A stretch of DNA of 55,996 nt from Chara braunii. Lineage: Eukaryota > Plantae > Charophyceae. The stretch spans positions 1,911,854-1,967,849 of the forward strand of contig BFEA01000031.1 in assembly GCA_003427395.1 (NCBI GenBank), read 5' to 3'. The notes beneath the pieces are model-generated. The model searched no databases and was not told the DNA's origin. It was given only the letters and a program-made list of their open reading frames with translations. Shown in pieces: positions 37,985 through 51,920 of the stretch (positions are counted from its first letter, which is position 1; every line of letters begins with the position of its first letter). The translations under genes were made by a program, and so were the position numbers.

Positions 37985-38580
37985 GCAAAGAGTTTGGATG
38001 TGTGAAGCACAGCACAAGTCCAGGGTGCAAAATACTGACGCATTAATTTCTGTGGCATGTTCTGTGCTGATGTAAACTAAGGCGACTTAAATCCACGCCT
38101 GGTCACCCAACTGGAATGCTGCTATCCCTCTATGCAAGTGCCCTGATTCTATCATGACCCTCTGAGCTTCTTGCACCTCCCCAGTACTATACTTTGCAGC
38201 ACCTTTCTGCACTCAAGGGCACACTCGACACTTCCAGGGACTTCCAAGACAAAAAGCCAACCAGAAGGAGTTCTGGGTTTCCATCCTAAGTGCCGTTCGT
38301 TGGGTGGACGAGCTGTTGCTGCGTGCATAGCATTATTATACAATCCAGCTATCTGAGGCCGTCTGATGTTCCAATCAAGGTGATCAGCAGTAATGTAATG
38401 CCTGAGAAGCTTCTGCGCTTGTCTATTCATCTGCTCGGCTTGGCCATTCACCTCAGAATGATTACCAGAGGTTATCTTCAGTTCTGAATCCAACCTTTTC
38501 ACTAGGTAATGCCACAGTTCACTAGTAAACCGGACATCGCCATCGCTTACCAGGGTTATGGGTAATCCAAAGCTCACAAC
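37985..38580 (-). pseudogene. Ty3/gypsy integrase core and GPY/F region, degenerate
   Basis: FGLPITLVSDGDVRFTSELW...HSEVNGQAEQMNR...YNNAMHAAT..P, followed by FQLGDQAW...KLMRQYFAPW. Confidence 0.9.
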
Positions 38581-38999
38581 CACGGCGCCCAGCACCGTTG
38601 ACTACACTCTCGCCCAGCACTGTTCAGGCTCCAAGATCTTGGCGCCCAAGCAAAGCAACAGCGCTTCTGCGTCTGGCAGAATCGAAGAAGAGAAGGTTCC
38701 AGATGTCGGCCTCCCTTTTGTACCTGTGCCTGTGGCCCTGCCTCCCATGTGATTCCGGACTCTTCCTTCCAGGTCCTGCCGCGGCAGACAAAGATTCGGT
38801 CTGTTGTGGCTTTTCCCTGGGACTGAGCTGCAATGGGACCAGGACTGGACACGTGGTGACTTTCTACCTACCGACTTCTTGGACTCTCTACTGTTCCTAC
38901 CGGTTTTATCCACAGGGAACGTTGTACTTTGGCTCTAAGGTACTGAAGAAAATGGGAGACGGTACTGGGGCCCTACTGCGGCAGTGCATGAATCCTTTC

Positions 39000-39205
39000 A
39001 CTATTCCGAGGAGAGTGTCACGACTCTACAGGACACATTGGGTTAAAAAAGACTTATGCTAATCTGTTGCATCATGCAATGATATGAAGAAGGATGTGCA
39101 CTTGTATGGTGGAAGTTGCCAGGTTGGTCAAAGGGGCAAACTACAGACACAAGCACCTCTAGGCTTCAGCTAATCGCGTCCCCTTCCTCAAGGACCTAGC
39201 CAGCA
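39000..39205 (+). pseudogene. Ty3/gypsy integrase N-terminal HHCC zinc-finger fragment
   Basis: ECHDSTGHIGLKKTYANL..DMKKDVHLYGGSCQVGQRGK...PLG...PLPQGP. Confidence 0.75.
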
Positions 39206-39382
39206 GGAAAGGAAACAAGCAGATTTTCTAGATTTGCCGCTTCATGCCTCTACGCGCTACTGGAAAGACGGCACTAGGAATCGCTGATCACTGGATTGAA
39301 GACTCGCAACGTAGCAGGAGAGAGAGGAAGAACAGCAGCAAGGACATTCAGAGAGTGACTGAAGAACCTGGGTGCTGTTAGT

Positions 39383-39385
<3 letters not shown>

Positions 39386-39471
<86 letters not shown>

Positions 39472-39496
39472 NNNNNNNNNNNNNNNNNNNNNNNNN

Positions 39497-39570
<74 letters not shown>
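39386..39570. repeat. (GA)n microsatellite with internal gap
   Basis: Read directly from the sequence. Confidence 0.97.
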
Positions 39571-39573
<3 letters not shown>

Positions 39574-41479
39574 TTTTGGGGGAAGTGCCTGTGTGAATGA
39601 GAACAGGCAGATAGGAAAAAAAAAAGAAGAAGAATCCTGCAAGCGCAGCGATAGCCAGCTAGTGCACGGCTTCTCAAGCCATTTGTTGTAGGTTGATCGG
39701 GGGGGAAGGGCACTAAGTCCCCCATCACTTTTTTTCTAGACGGCACGAAAACGGAAGCATGCCAACGTGTAAGGAGAAGCACCAGCCTGGAGACGTGAAG
39801 CGTGCAACAGCCAGGGAGTAAAGAAGGCAGAAAAACGCTGTTTCAAATTTCAATTAAAAAAAGCGGGGTGCTGAGTGCCAATGGGCCCTAAATACTGAAA
39901 CATGCGGGGTGCCGGGACCTGGGACAAATGGGGGGCAACAACAAGGTTAACAGGACAAGGAATGACTGCACAGCAAACAACACTGGGCCACAGCCTCCAC
40001 TGGAGGCACCCAAATTGCACACCACATGTCCACTGGCCCTCTGGTCAATGAGCCGTTGTATATTACAGGGACGTTGGACCCAATTTCCAGCAGGTGCTGC
40101 TCCCACCAATAGATGGACCCTTCAAAGCGGGGAATTGATTAAGGGGTCTGGTCTTATCACCCCGTTACGCAAAACCCCCTGCGGCTGAAGATTTCCCAAA
40201 AAAAAAAGAAAAAAAAAAGAAGCATGCAGGGTGCCCAGGCAGACAGCAGACGGTGAATAAAGAAAGGTGCATGCGAAGCGAAGTAGAGAGGCTGTGCGTT
40301 TGGAACAAGGCCGGTGGGCAGCAGTGAACCAAAAAAATAAAAAAATAAAAAAATCTGGGATCTGGCTGGGGAATATCAAAGGGAGTTGGAGAGCGGAAAA
40401 AGCGGTAAAAGCACGTACCTGCAGCAGACATCGAGCTTGGTCAAGCGACACAACGGCATTAGCCGGCAACAAGTCTTTAGTGAGCTTGGAGGTGAGGCAT
40501 TCGACGCCTTAGCCTTGCATGACATGGTTATGATGCTGACTCACTGTTGTGCGAGTCTTTCCCTGGATTGAGCTGCAAGAGTCCTCTTCCTGTTGCTGTC
40601 AAAGTAGGTCCTAGGATTGAGCTGCAAGAGTCCTCTTTTCTGTTGCTCTCAAAGTAGGTCCTATGTCGGTTGGAGGTTTGGGGGCATGCCTGCCACCGGC
40701 AAGTGAGATAAGTAGCAAACACGGGCAGTGAGCGGCGGACGCTCATTAAACAACCCGTCTAGCCCAAGGACCAGTACTGATCGGCATAGGACCGAGCCAC
40801 ATGTGTATGGAGGTAGCTTATTGTTGGATCTCTTTGTACGGTCCGCTAACAGACATAGGCGAGGAACTGGTCACTCTTCGTGAGGTCTGGGCTACTAAAA
40901 AGGAAACACCAGGGAAGTTAGTACTAGTACATGTAGAAGTTAGTAACTGTGAGAATAGGTGCGATGATAGACAACGGGTCAACCAGAAGTTATATCTCCC
41001 AAAGAGCAGTTAAAAAGTTGCATTTAGGGATATAACTTCAAGATTTGGAAGAGCCAGAACTCTCGAGAATGGCCAGTAACACTTTGGTGGGCATGGGGCA
41101 GTACCCTGAGGGGGTTAAACCACTAGTAGATGCCAGCCATCGGCTGTGGGCCCCTTTTGGAGGTCGCCTGCCATTGATTTATGCTATCGACGGCGTGCAA
41201 GCCTCCAAAATTTTAGGAGAGGCTCAATTGGACTGGTGGCGAAAGCAGATGTGAAGATGGGCGAAGTTGAGTGTTGGTTGCCCAGTCAGGACGAGGAGAA
41301 GAAAAAAAAAGTCCGCCAGTATCATCAGTCTGGTTTAAAATCCTCCCTGTCCATTTGCTGTATGAGTGGCCCTGTGTTCTCAGTTAAACAGTAAGGAACA
41401 AGTTGGTAGATCAGGTTTCTGTGGCATATGTGACACCAGAGAAGAGGGATAAGGCAAAGGAAAGAGAGCCTAAAGGAGA

Positions 41480-42885
41480 GGGAGAGTCTATGTCACCCCA
41501 AGTCCAAAGGTTACCAGAACAGTTTGTCAACGTGCTGGAGGAGCCCAAGGGAACAATAGAGAGGCCAATTAAGCATCACATTGAGATAGAGCCAGGTAGT
41601 AAGATTCATAAAGTCTCATTTACAAGATGGCACCAAACAAGCTAAGAAGAGCTAGAAGACAAAGGGTGGATTAAGTCAAGTTCACCTCCCTATGGTGCAC
41701 CTGTCTATTTGTTCCTGAAAAGGAAGGAGAGCTAAGACTGTGTATAGACTTTACCGGTCTGAATGCGATAACAATAAAGAATGGAGAACCATTGCCCCTT
41801 ATCGATCACCTGCTAGAGACGTTGCAGGGCTGTAAGTATTTCTCTAAGATAGACTTGAAGGCAGGGGATCATTAGATTGAAGTGGCTCCTGAAGATAAGC
41901 AGAAGACAGCTTTTCGAACAAGGTACGACCACTACCAGTTTAATGTGATACCCTTTGGTTGGACTAATAGCCCTGCTACCTTCCAGCGTTGTATGAAAGA
42001 CTTATTAGCCGACTGGCTTGACATATTTTTTGTCGTATATACTATATTTACTATTTAGATGATATATTAATTTTTAGCAGGACTTTAAAAGAACATGAAG
42101 AGCACCACGAAGTCCTGACTAAGCTTAGAGGGAATAAGTTAAGGTAAATCCCAAGGAGTGTCCTGACTAAGCTTAGAGAGAATAAGTTAAGGTAAATCCC
42201 AAGAAGTGTCGTGACTAAGCTTAGAGAGAATAAGTTAAGGTAAATCCCAAGAAGGGTGACTGGGCTAAGCAGCATGTGTTGTATCTCAGTCATGTCATAG
42301 ATGTACAACCTGATGATAGTAAAATTGCACCAATTAGGGACTGGCCGACGCCAAAGAACATCATAGAATTGCGCTCATTCCTACCACTGGCTATAGTAAG
42401 TCCGTCAAAAAAAATTCTACTAAGGCTGCACCACTTCACAGATTGTCGAAGGAGGAGTTGTGGGACAAGGACTGCACTTCATCCTTTAAGAAGTTGAAGA
42501 AGGCGTAGATTGAGTACTGGGTGCCGAAGACTGAAGATCCATCCTTGCTTTCTGTGGTGACCACAGATGCTAGCCAGTATGGAATAGGAGCGGTGCTGTA
42601 GCAGGAAGGTGGCAAGGGCTATAGACCGGTAGAGTTCATGTCCAAGAGACTGCCACCAGAGAAAGTAGCTGACTCTACCTATGAGTGAGAATTGTGTGCC
42701 CTCTATGAAGATAGTTGAAACCAGTGAAGGGGAAGTATAATGTTGCCGCCGACGCATTGTCCAGAAGAGCAGATTTTCTGGGATGATAGCTACTTACTTA
42801 GATACGGGAAAGGACTTGCAGCAAAAGATCAGAGATGCTTATGACTCAGATCTGATCTATAGGGAGGTTATAGCTGTCAGCAAAC
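41480..42885 (+). pseudogene. Ty3/gypsy pol (RT + RNase H), degenerate
   Basis: IKHHIEIEPGS...GWIKSSSPPYGAP...LRLCIDF.GLN.ITIKN.EPLPLID...FSKIDLK...KTAFRTRY..Y.F.V.PFG.TNSPATFQ...YLDDILIFS...TDASQYGIGAVL...ELCAL, with stops and frameshifts. A 48 bp unit is triplicated at 42112-42255. Confidence 0.95.
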
Positions 42886-44465
42886 AATACCATGTCATAA
42901 CAACACGCTCTTGTATGAAATTCCTCCCATCAAGCTTCCAATCAGGTCATCCCCATCCACCACCACCATCCCGCCCCACGTGTCAGCACCCGCCCCCATC
43001 CCATGCATTACCACCCATTCCCTGCCCATTTGACCATCACCCGTGCCCATTCCAGCATTATCGCCATTCCCCTTCCAGTTGCCCCAAAAATCTGCCCCCC
43101 TGTCCATTCCAGCACCACTTCCCATTCTCAGCCAATGTCCAATCACCCGCATCCATTCCAGCACCACCTCCCTTCCAGCTCTCTCGCACTAGTCACTTGT
43201 GAACTTGCAGCTTTCTGGCTGTCTTCTGTATATCCCCAAACCCCCACCGTTCTATTGCAGCAAGAGAGGTCTGCAAGACTAGTTTGCACATAGCACGTAC
43301 TACCTATCACAAGGCCGTCGGTCCGGTAGCACCCGATGGCCCGGACCGCAGATTTGTTACATTTCTTCGACAATCTGGGCTGTCAGTCCGGCAGGACCAC
43401 GACGGCCTGGATTCAGATTTTTGACGCTAGCGATTTTAATAATGTAGGGATGAGAAACACTGTATCACACAATCAGCACATACTAACTATCATGAGAAAC
43501 ACTGTATCACACAAGCTGAAGCGCAAGGGTTGGCACGTCCTATGTGACGTCAAACACATGAAATTTGCAGAGCGGTGCACTCATTGAGATTGAGTGGGCA
43601 GCTGCGAAGGGGACAGCTTGAGAGCTGTGGAGGTCACTAGGTGCCATTTCCTGTCACGCCCATTCAGAAGACGAGGCAGCAGCAGCAGGAGCAGTGACAG
43701 GAGGCAGAGTTACAGCAGCAGCCGCAGCAAAAGGAGGTGGGGATGGAGGCAAAACGAACACGAAGGTGTCGATCAAATGATGCCAGAAACAACAGTGAGG
43801 ACGAAGAAAAGAAGCAGCAGAGAGAATGACGAAGAAAAGGACTCGTCCTCATAGGAGGATCATGAAGAGGACAGGGGGCAAGGCACCTCCAGAGTAGGAC
43901 AGTAGGAGGAACCACAAGCATGCCATGAAAAACACAGACGCATTTCATGAAGGCTGAAAATTAGGGGCTGCGACAAATGTGATCCTGATGAACCCGAGGC
44001 ATGCTAAATACATGGTCACATATATTGTCACGTATCTATGAACTAAATGAGCGCACTTTGTGAAACAAATGATAAAAATAGAAATACACAAGACAAACAT
44101 GGTCACATATATTAACCCTGAAACCCAGATCTCTCAACCATGCCAACAATCAGAAACCTCTTCGTTCCCTCGTCCCCTGTCCCTGCCACCCATCTCGCCA
44201 CCAAACCCTCCTCTCTTTCCCTCCCTAGTCCCTTCCCCAGCAGCAGCCCCCACCCGACTTCTAATCACCACATATAGTGCATGGTACATCCAGGCCATTT
44301 GCAGCACAGCATCCTACCTTACTCATTCCAGTAGTCAGCATGAGGGGCCATCCACGGCTAAGAGCTTGCAGGTGGCTTTTTCAATGAAACAAGGCCCTCT
44401 AATCTGGCCGAATGAACATTCAGACATCAAGCCAAGTCCCAAAAGAGGACAGAATTTCAAGGTAC

Positions 44466-46562
44466 CTTGTCAACAGTTTCACTTGAGCTGATGATAAAGC
44501 CTCCATTCGCACGGCCGTTGTCACAGGGTCCACTGAAGACAACCAGGCTATCTCCATCTCCTTCATCTTCGATGCCGTGGTCTGTTTCACTCAAGTTGAT
44601 GACTGTGCACACATCGCCATCACCATCGTCAATTTCACAAACACCTGTTCTGTAATCACCTGCAATTCCATGTGCGCCAACACTTGGAGTCTTGTCCACT
44701 ACCATATCTGCAACCTTATCCACATCCACCTCTTCCCTAAGAATAATCCTGTTGCTACACCCAGTTTCTTGATTTTCTTTGCATCTTACCACAGTTGACG
44801 CATTTTCATGGTCACTATCAATGATGAATACATTTGTTTTTGGTCCTGACAAGCTATCTGTACTACATGCTCTAGACATCTCCCCATTGTGCTTCCCATC
44901 TTGCTCTTTAGCACCCTGCTGCTTGCTCTCCTTTTGACTGCTTGCCCTTGCATTTCGGCCTGTGTACTCCAATTCTATCAAGTCCTTGTTTGCACTTCCC
45001 GATTTCATGCATGGACTTCTCTCCTTTTGAAACCTGCGTCCATCTTGTTTCCTCTGCATGGTGCTCCCAAAGGCGTTCTCAGATGCTCCTTCTCTGCTCC
45101 GTCGCCGATAGACAACGACCGGTCGCATCCCTTCCTTTCCTTTAGAATCTTCCTCCATCCAATTATCACAGTACGCAACAGTAGACTCGCTGTTTGCCGT
45201 TCCTCCATTTTGCAACCTGTTTTTGCGGCCATCCTGCTGCTGCTGCTGCTGCTGCTGCTCCGCTGCAAGCTGCACACTATTCACATCTTTCAAAGACCCC
45301 ACACATCTTCCACCTCCGAGTTCACATTCTGCAGCAAACTTGTCCTCCAGGGGGCATCCCACCATGTTATGTGTTCCTTGAGGCTGTTTGCGTGTCTGTT
45401 CCTGCACCTCGTTTGCATCATCAACAACTTGAACCTCAGAGCTACCACCATGATCCCTACGCTGGGGTTGATGCAGATGCTCATTCTTTTCAATTGTCCT
45501 TCCAAGTGCACATCCACATTCACTCTCTCTCCTGTCCGTGCTGCTTCGCTCAAACTCACACACACATTTATGATCACCCTTCCCCATGCTCCCAAGCTTC
45601 TCACAGTCATCTTTGGATTTGCAATTGAAGTCATTATCATCATTATCATCATCATCATCCATTAAATTGATGAATCCTCTACAACAGATTGATTCTCTCT
45701 GCTTGTCATCTGATTCAATGATGGCAGTGCATTCTTCGGCGATAGCACAAGTTGAAGCCTCAGCTCCTGAACTTGGTTTGCCAGGGGTTACTGTGCCTGC
45801 ATCTAATCGCTGCAGTGCTGCCAGGTCATTCCTGCAGTTGCTTGCATCTGAGCTCCCATAACCATTTTTTTCAGCCTGCACTGCCAGACTGTCTCTTCCA
45901 CCATGGCTGAAGAAACAATTCTCAGCCTTCCCTCCAATCTCCAGGCATGTGCTCTGGCCACCACCCTCGCGGCATGCTCCCATCACTCCATCCTCATTAG
46001 CTGCAGGGCTTGATCCATGTCCTAATGCAATTGGCCGCGTCAATTCCACATCCCTTCCCCCTCCTACAAGGTCACAAACTGCAGGCCCACTTCTGTCTTC
46101 TGTATTACCTACTTGGCCTCTATGTCCCTGTTGAGACATGTCTCCACTCTCTATCTCCCCTGCCAAGTGTCCTTGAATATCACCTGTTCTCAAAACATTC
46201 GATTCTCTGCGGCCATCTTCACCACTCATAGCCTTGGTTGGGACAACATCCATATCTGTGGCATCATCCTCCCGCTTCCGTTTGCGGCTGCCATTACCCT
46301 GTGCAGTTTCCGCTGCACAGTCCCCATCTGTACTGGTGCATGTTTCTTCCTCTGTTTCTATATCAGGGTACAGAGGAAAGGTCTTTGGGAAGACCCCATT
46401 CCCCTCTTCCAGCACAACACGCCCTTCTGTACCCTCTGGATCCATGCCATCAGCTGTCATCAAGGTCACTTCTGGTGTTGGCCTGCTTCCACGTTTCTCA
46501 TGTACTTGTCTGACCTCAAAATCAATTCCATTTTGTTCACGACTTTGCAGGGTTACTTTTTC
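44466..46562 (-). CDS. Large exon (699 aa, disordered, SIM-rich) of the ULP1/OTS-like SUMO protease gene
   Basis: Pyrimidine-rich acceptor CTTTTCTTGCTGCAG|GAA (phase 0) and candidate donor AAG|GTACCT (phase 0). Open frame with an NLS-like RKRKRE. Confidence 0.8.
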
Positions 46563-46790
46563 CTGCAGCAAGAAAAGGAGCCAGCAACTTCACTAGTGAA
46601 AAGAAACAGCAAGACAACAAAAGGTATCTTGACCTGGTATTCTATACCTGCACTGTAACTAGGTAGCCCCTAACACTATCGTGCTCATTTTGTTTGACTA
46701 CGATTCAAAATCATGATCTACTTCCTAATAGTTACATGTGTGTCACTGTTCACATGCGTGTCACCATTCAGCCACATGGGCAGGGTACCT

Positions 46791-46971
46791 CTACCTGCAT
46801 CTTCTTCACAAGTTTGCAGGGTTGCCTTTGGCTTATTCGTTTGGTTGATCTTTTCATTGTGATGATGGTGGTGTTATCCATTCAATTATTAGTGTATTTT
46901 TTAACGAGTTCAACATTTTTATTTAGAAGAGAGGGGCGGGGATTTTGGGGGNNNNNNNNNNNNNNNNNNNN

Positions 46972-47046
<75 letters not shown>

Positions 47047-47261
47047 CATCTACTCGCTCATCAGGTCTGTAGGCTGCACCCAGACCCACAAATAAAAAAC
47101 AAGGCATCTACCTGCATCTTCTTCACAATTTTGCAGGGTTGCCTTGGCTTATCCGTTTGGTTGATCTTTTCATGGTGATGATGGAGGTTTTATCCATTCA
47201 ATTATTACTGTATTTTTTAACGAGTTCTACATTTTTATTTAGAAAGAGGGGCAGGGATTGG

Positions 47262-47345
<84 letters not shown>

Positions 47346-47401
47346 TCTACTCCTTCATCAGGTCTAAGGGGCGCTCCCAGACCCACAAAAAAAACAAGGC
47401 A
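46791..47401. repeat. Tandem duplication (~300 bp unit containing a (GA)n tract)
   Basis: Units start TCTACCTGCATCTTCTTCACAA at ~46791 and ~47107. Confidence 0.9.
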
Positions 47402-48123
47402 GCACAAACTTCATCGTTGCCCTGCACCACGTTGGTGTTGGCAGGTAATCCCGTTGAGGGTGGAACACTCATGGTAACCACCTGATAACATATTGACACG
47501 GCCATACAATCTTATTGTCTAATCATTGGCGCCAATCAGCTGCAACTGTGCAACTTGATGACTTTGGAAGGTGATCACGCCATGATAACAACCGTCCGGA
47601 GACGTGCGAGCCCAATGAGTGCGGCCGTACACTGATTTGGGATTTCAAAAAAAAAAAAAAAATCACAGCATGGGGGATTTCGCTACAGTTTGGGTTTGTT
47701 TGGGTTTGCTTCGCTATGAACAGCTAGCGGCAGCATGTATTCCGTTTCTCATGGGTATTGCATCACACAGCGTAAAGCCACTGGCTTCCCGAACACAACA
47801 CACGGACATTATGCCAATTTTATGGACATGTCTGGGCTAGATGTCGTCATAATGGGTAAGCCTTGTACACAAGGAAAGACAGTAGCTCGTAATTTGCTCT
47901 GCAGCAACTGATTTTGCTCAGAGTGGGATAGGTCTAACTTAGCGAAGAGCACTCTGAAAAGCTTCTTCAACAAAAACTTGAAGCTTAGCTCTGGCCACAA
48001 AGCCTTGATTGCACCTAGACTGGATCTGCTCCCCTTAAGATGATGCCCAGCCAATAGAGTTGCTAAGCAAAAGAAAGAAATGTAAGATGGGAAGAATAAC
48101 CCTGGTCTGTCCTGTTCACTCAC

Positions 48124-48249
48124 CTCCCTCACGTCATTTGCGGCTGGGATGACACTCTGTAGTTTCTTGTCAAATAGGCTCATTAAAATCTTTCCAATCT
48201 TCTGTCGCAAAGCAGAAGCCTCTGAGGGTTCAAACCAGTCAGGACCCAT
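48124..48249 (-). CDS. Exon encoding the end of the peptidase C48 domain (MGPDWFEPSEASALRQKIGKILMSLF...)
   Basis: TTTCAG|ATG ... GAG|GTGAGT, 126 nt, phase 0/0. WFxPxEASxLRxxI is typical of the end of plant ULP1C/D (OTS)-type catalytic domains. Confidence 0.85.
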
Positions 48250-51200
48250 CTGAAAATAACATCCAAACATCATGCCATCCCCAACGTGAGATTTAACCAA
48301 CCCAGCCACCCATCTGCCCACTCCTCTCGCTCCTTTCTCTCAGCAACACACACACAAAGAGTGGAAGTCCGGCGTTCCTTTTTTTTTTTTGTGGAGTGGT
48401 GTATAGCGGAACAGTCTGGCACAGTCCTGCTTTTTGTCCACTTTGTGTTCTCGTTTTTCTCCAGTGCTTTTCTTGAGTCTAAGTGAGCACCTCTAGCACA
48501 TGCCGAATAGTTGGTCGCCCTTCGTTTCGAGTGCCTGCAACACTATTAGGGTGGCTGCTGTGTCTGGGATGTCTGCGTCTGTGTGTTCCCTGCGACATTC
48601 GTCAAAGTGGCTTTTGAATGCATCTTCGGAAGTTTTTGTCAACTCTCTATTCAGGGGGAAACCTCGTCTTGCTGTGAAGCTCAACCACTGAGGATTGTAT
48701 GACACGCGTCATCGTCATCACACCTCCCGATGAGCCAGTGAAAGTCCGACGAAACAGTCTGGCACAGTCATGCTTTTTTTGCGGAGTTGTGCATGGCAAA
48801 CACAGCAACATCCCCACCCACCCACACACACACACACACAAATATGAATATAAATATATAAGACAAAGGAATAAGGACCGCAACAGAGAAACAGGCGAGC
48901 AGAGACAAAATAAGTCAAAACAAATGGCACAGATTATGAAGACCAACGGTTCAAACGACTGGTGGACAGTGTGGAATAGCTTGGAATTCTATCCCATGTG
49001 AATGGACTCGGAACGAGATATAACAACAGAGGCCTTGAACTCACAAACACAGCGTAGGGATAACGGTGAAGTGAGCTGGTATATACCCAGTGGGGCAGGC
49101 ACAAAATTGTCCCCAACGGATCATAGCAGCAAACAACAGAAAGAGTCGAGCGGGCGATGGTCCAATACTTGAAAAGGAAAGAGATAAGCTCACCTCCATT
49201 CGTGATTTCCCAATTTCCACATAGTGATGGGCGGGAATGTTTTCAGACGACCGGCGGGTCAACGTAAAAATATGAGGTACTGGCCGTCCAACAGATTAGT
49301 ACCTGATCATACGACATCCGACACATAGCACAAACTCTACCGATCTCCAGCCAGGGATCATGACGTACTGATCTCAACCATGCCCACTGCAGAAAACATG
49401 GAGCATGACTCTGGCCATCCTCCATACCTGTGAAACCTGGCTTGTTGGCAGCCATAGCCGCATCTTGTGCAGAGACAATGTTGTACAGTTTAATTGCCTG
49501 GCGGATATTATATTCGAGTTACATCTCACTTGTGCTTTGATGTGTGTGCGTCAGCTGGTCTATGCATGGAGTGAAATCATCGTGTAGTGTTGATATCTTT
49601 CTCATACATCAGTGCAAATTCTCTAGATATGGGTGGCAGACGTATCTGATGTGGATTCCGACTATATACGGGCCTGTGTGGTCTCCACCCCTTGTGGAAT
49701 TCAAAAGGCGTCCTGACTGTTCACAGATGCACTGAGTTGTTATAAGCACTTGCTCTGTCCACCCCTTGCCAACTTCACACCTCAATCAATCTGATCCATC
49801 AGCTTATTCGTCTGCTCTGTCTGTCCGTTAGGTTTGGGGTATGTCTACCAGACAAGATAGTCAGCTGGGATCCACACTCTTTCATTAGCTGTTGGCAGGC
49901 TTCGATAGTCAACCTAGCATCCCTATCACTAACTATAGTCACCGGGTCGCCATTGTCCTAGACCCAGTGAGCAAATAAATTCTCTATGACTAGCTCAGTC
50001 CCCCAAACTCACAGATCACCACAAAGTTACACAAACTCACAGTCCCTCAAAGGAACACTGCAATCTCTGAACAATCACCACCGCAGCTGCCCAACTAATG
50101 ACATCACAAATGTACACCTTACCATTGCAGCTAACTCCATCACCGTGCAACCATTCTCATGATCAATTCCTTCCCGTCCCAGCCAACACTCCTCGCCACC
50201 CACTCACAAAAATTGGCCCCTTCGTCAATAACACTCCATCGCCAAGGCACACACCCAACCGACTAACACCCCAGACAAAATCATGGTGGCCATTGTAAGC
50301 CAGGATTCTGGAAAACAGATCACCACAAACCCACAGACCCTCAAACAAATACTGCAATCCCCAACTAATGAAAAAATAAATCTACCCTCACCACCATGTA
50401 TCAACTGCCTTCAAACCACCAGTACTTGGCCCAGCTATTAGCCGCGGGAAAAAAATAGAGTAGAAGAGTTTCTAGTCAGATGAATTTGGGTCACCCATTA
50501 CCAAGGTACTGTCCAGCCTGTTTGGCGTCACCCATTACCAAGGTACTGTCCAGCCTGTTTGGCTGAATGAATCCCAGACATTCATGCTCCATGAGCAGAC
50601 TACACAGCCATATTCCAAAGCCTGCGTTAGACATTGTCCATTCACATCCTGTCCATTGCAGTCTCGCTGAGTTTCTGACACATTTACTCAACATGAGGTC
50701 AATACCGACAACTGCCATTTCCCCAACTCAGCAACCGCATCACATCCTGTCCATTGCAGTCTGGGTGAGTTTGTCACACGTTTACTCAACATGAGGTCAA
50801 CACCCACAGCTGCCATTCCCTAACTCATCAGCCACGCCTTCCCAATTTTACTGCCCTCAGGCAGCGTACAAACCCCACATCCCCTCCTGAAGAACAGCTC
50901 ATTGTTGTCTCTCCCTCCCACCTACGCATGATATAAACCCACGCCAGTCCAAGACAAACCGGGAAGCCCGGCTGCAAGCCCGGTATGACATGCAATCCAG
51001 AAATGCAATACTTGCGCCGCCGCACTTCACACTATGTAAAAATGTTGCTCACTACAGTACATACCTCTTTTGCACAGCACGTGGAACTGATGCGCAGCCA
51101 CTGTTTCCCGTTCATTCAATGTACCGCTCAGTTCTTCTTTGACATGATACACTTTCCATTGCAGTCCAATTTCCCTTTGAATCGAAGTGCCGTTTACTCC

Positions 51201-51740
51201 TCTGCTTTTGCCAAATGTTACGCCAGGCACACTCTTTCATTTCGGAAGACATTCTGAAAATGGCATCTTTTGATTCTTTTCCAATTTCCACTCAGTCCTC
51301 TTCAGGCGTCACTACTATTCACACCAACACCATTGACAGCAACTGCTTCTCCTACAATCACATCCCCTTCTCTTTCATTTTCCCCTCCATACCTTTGCAA
51401 TCCGTCTACGTCTCCAATCATCTCACCCAAAATTCACCCCTCTAATTTCTCATTCTATTTATGTCCAGTGTCGTTGGAAAGAGTTGGCAATATGGAATCC
51501 CGCACCATATCCCCACAAAGCCGAAACACTACTTCAGAGAATCAACGGTACTGAATACTTACTCTGACATGCATACCAGCATAAAACTCACAATCTACAC
51601 ACACACACAATAAAGAGCACCCCCACAGTCACTTGAAAACCCAAACAGTCAACCACCGACTTCTCTCCCCAACTCAAATCTCCCCATCTGTTGATCCATT
51701 GTTCGACTGAATGAAAACATGCATACATTCTTTTTTTTTT

Positions 51741-51833
51741 AATGTGGACCATTTCTCGATTTATGCGTGACATCCATCCGCAGGGGCCATGCTAATTTCT
51801 TCTCTGTATCGTTCCAATTTTAACGGATGTCCC
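51741..51833 (-). pseudogene. U6: U6 snRNA retrocopy with A-tail (plant-type 3' end)
   Basis: The minus strand reads GGGACATCCGTTAAAATTGGAACGATACAGAGAAGAAATTAGCATGGCCCCTGCGGATGGATGTCACGCATAAATCGAGAAATGGTCCACATT, then A10. Confidence 0.9.
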
Positions 51834-51863
51834 ACAGGAAAGAAATACCATTCTTTTTTTTAT

Positions 51864-51920
51864 TTGCGCAGGGGCCATGCTGATCTTCTCTGTATCGTTC
51901 CAATTTTAACAGATGTCCCG
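51864..51920 (-). pseudogene. U6: 3'-truncated U6 snRNA copy followed by an A-run
   Basis: The minus strand reads GGGACATCTGTTAAAATTGGAACGATACAGAGAAGATCAGCATGGCCCCTGCGCAA, then ATAAAAAAAA. Confidence 0.9.

Noticed and set aside
48408-48780. Insertion with a long TSD and a 70 aa ORF as an extra protease exon
   Set aside because: The flanking direct repeats look like part of a local repeat unit, there are no good splice sites, and the two flanking exons already join into a contiguous C48 domain.
51741-51920. Functional U6 snRNA genes
   Set aside because: They end in A-runs rather than a Pol III T-run, lack an intact 5' stem, and carry indels or truncation.
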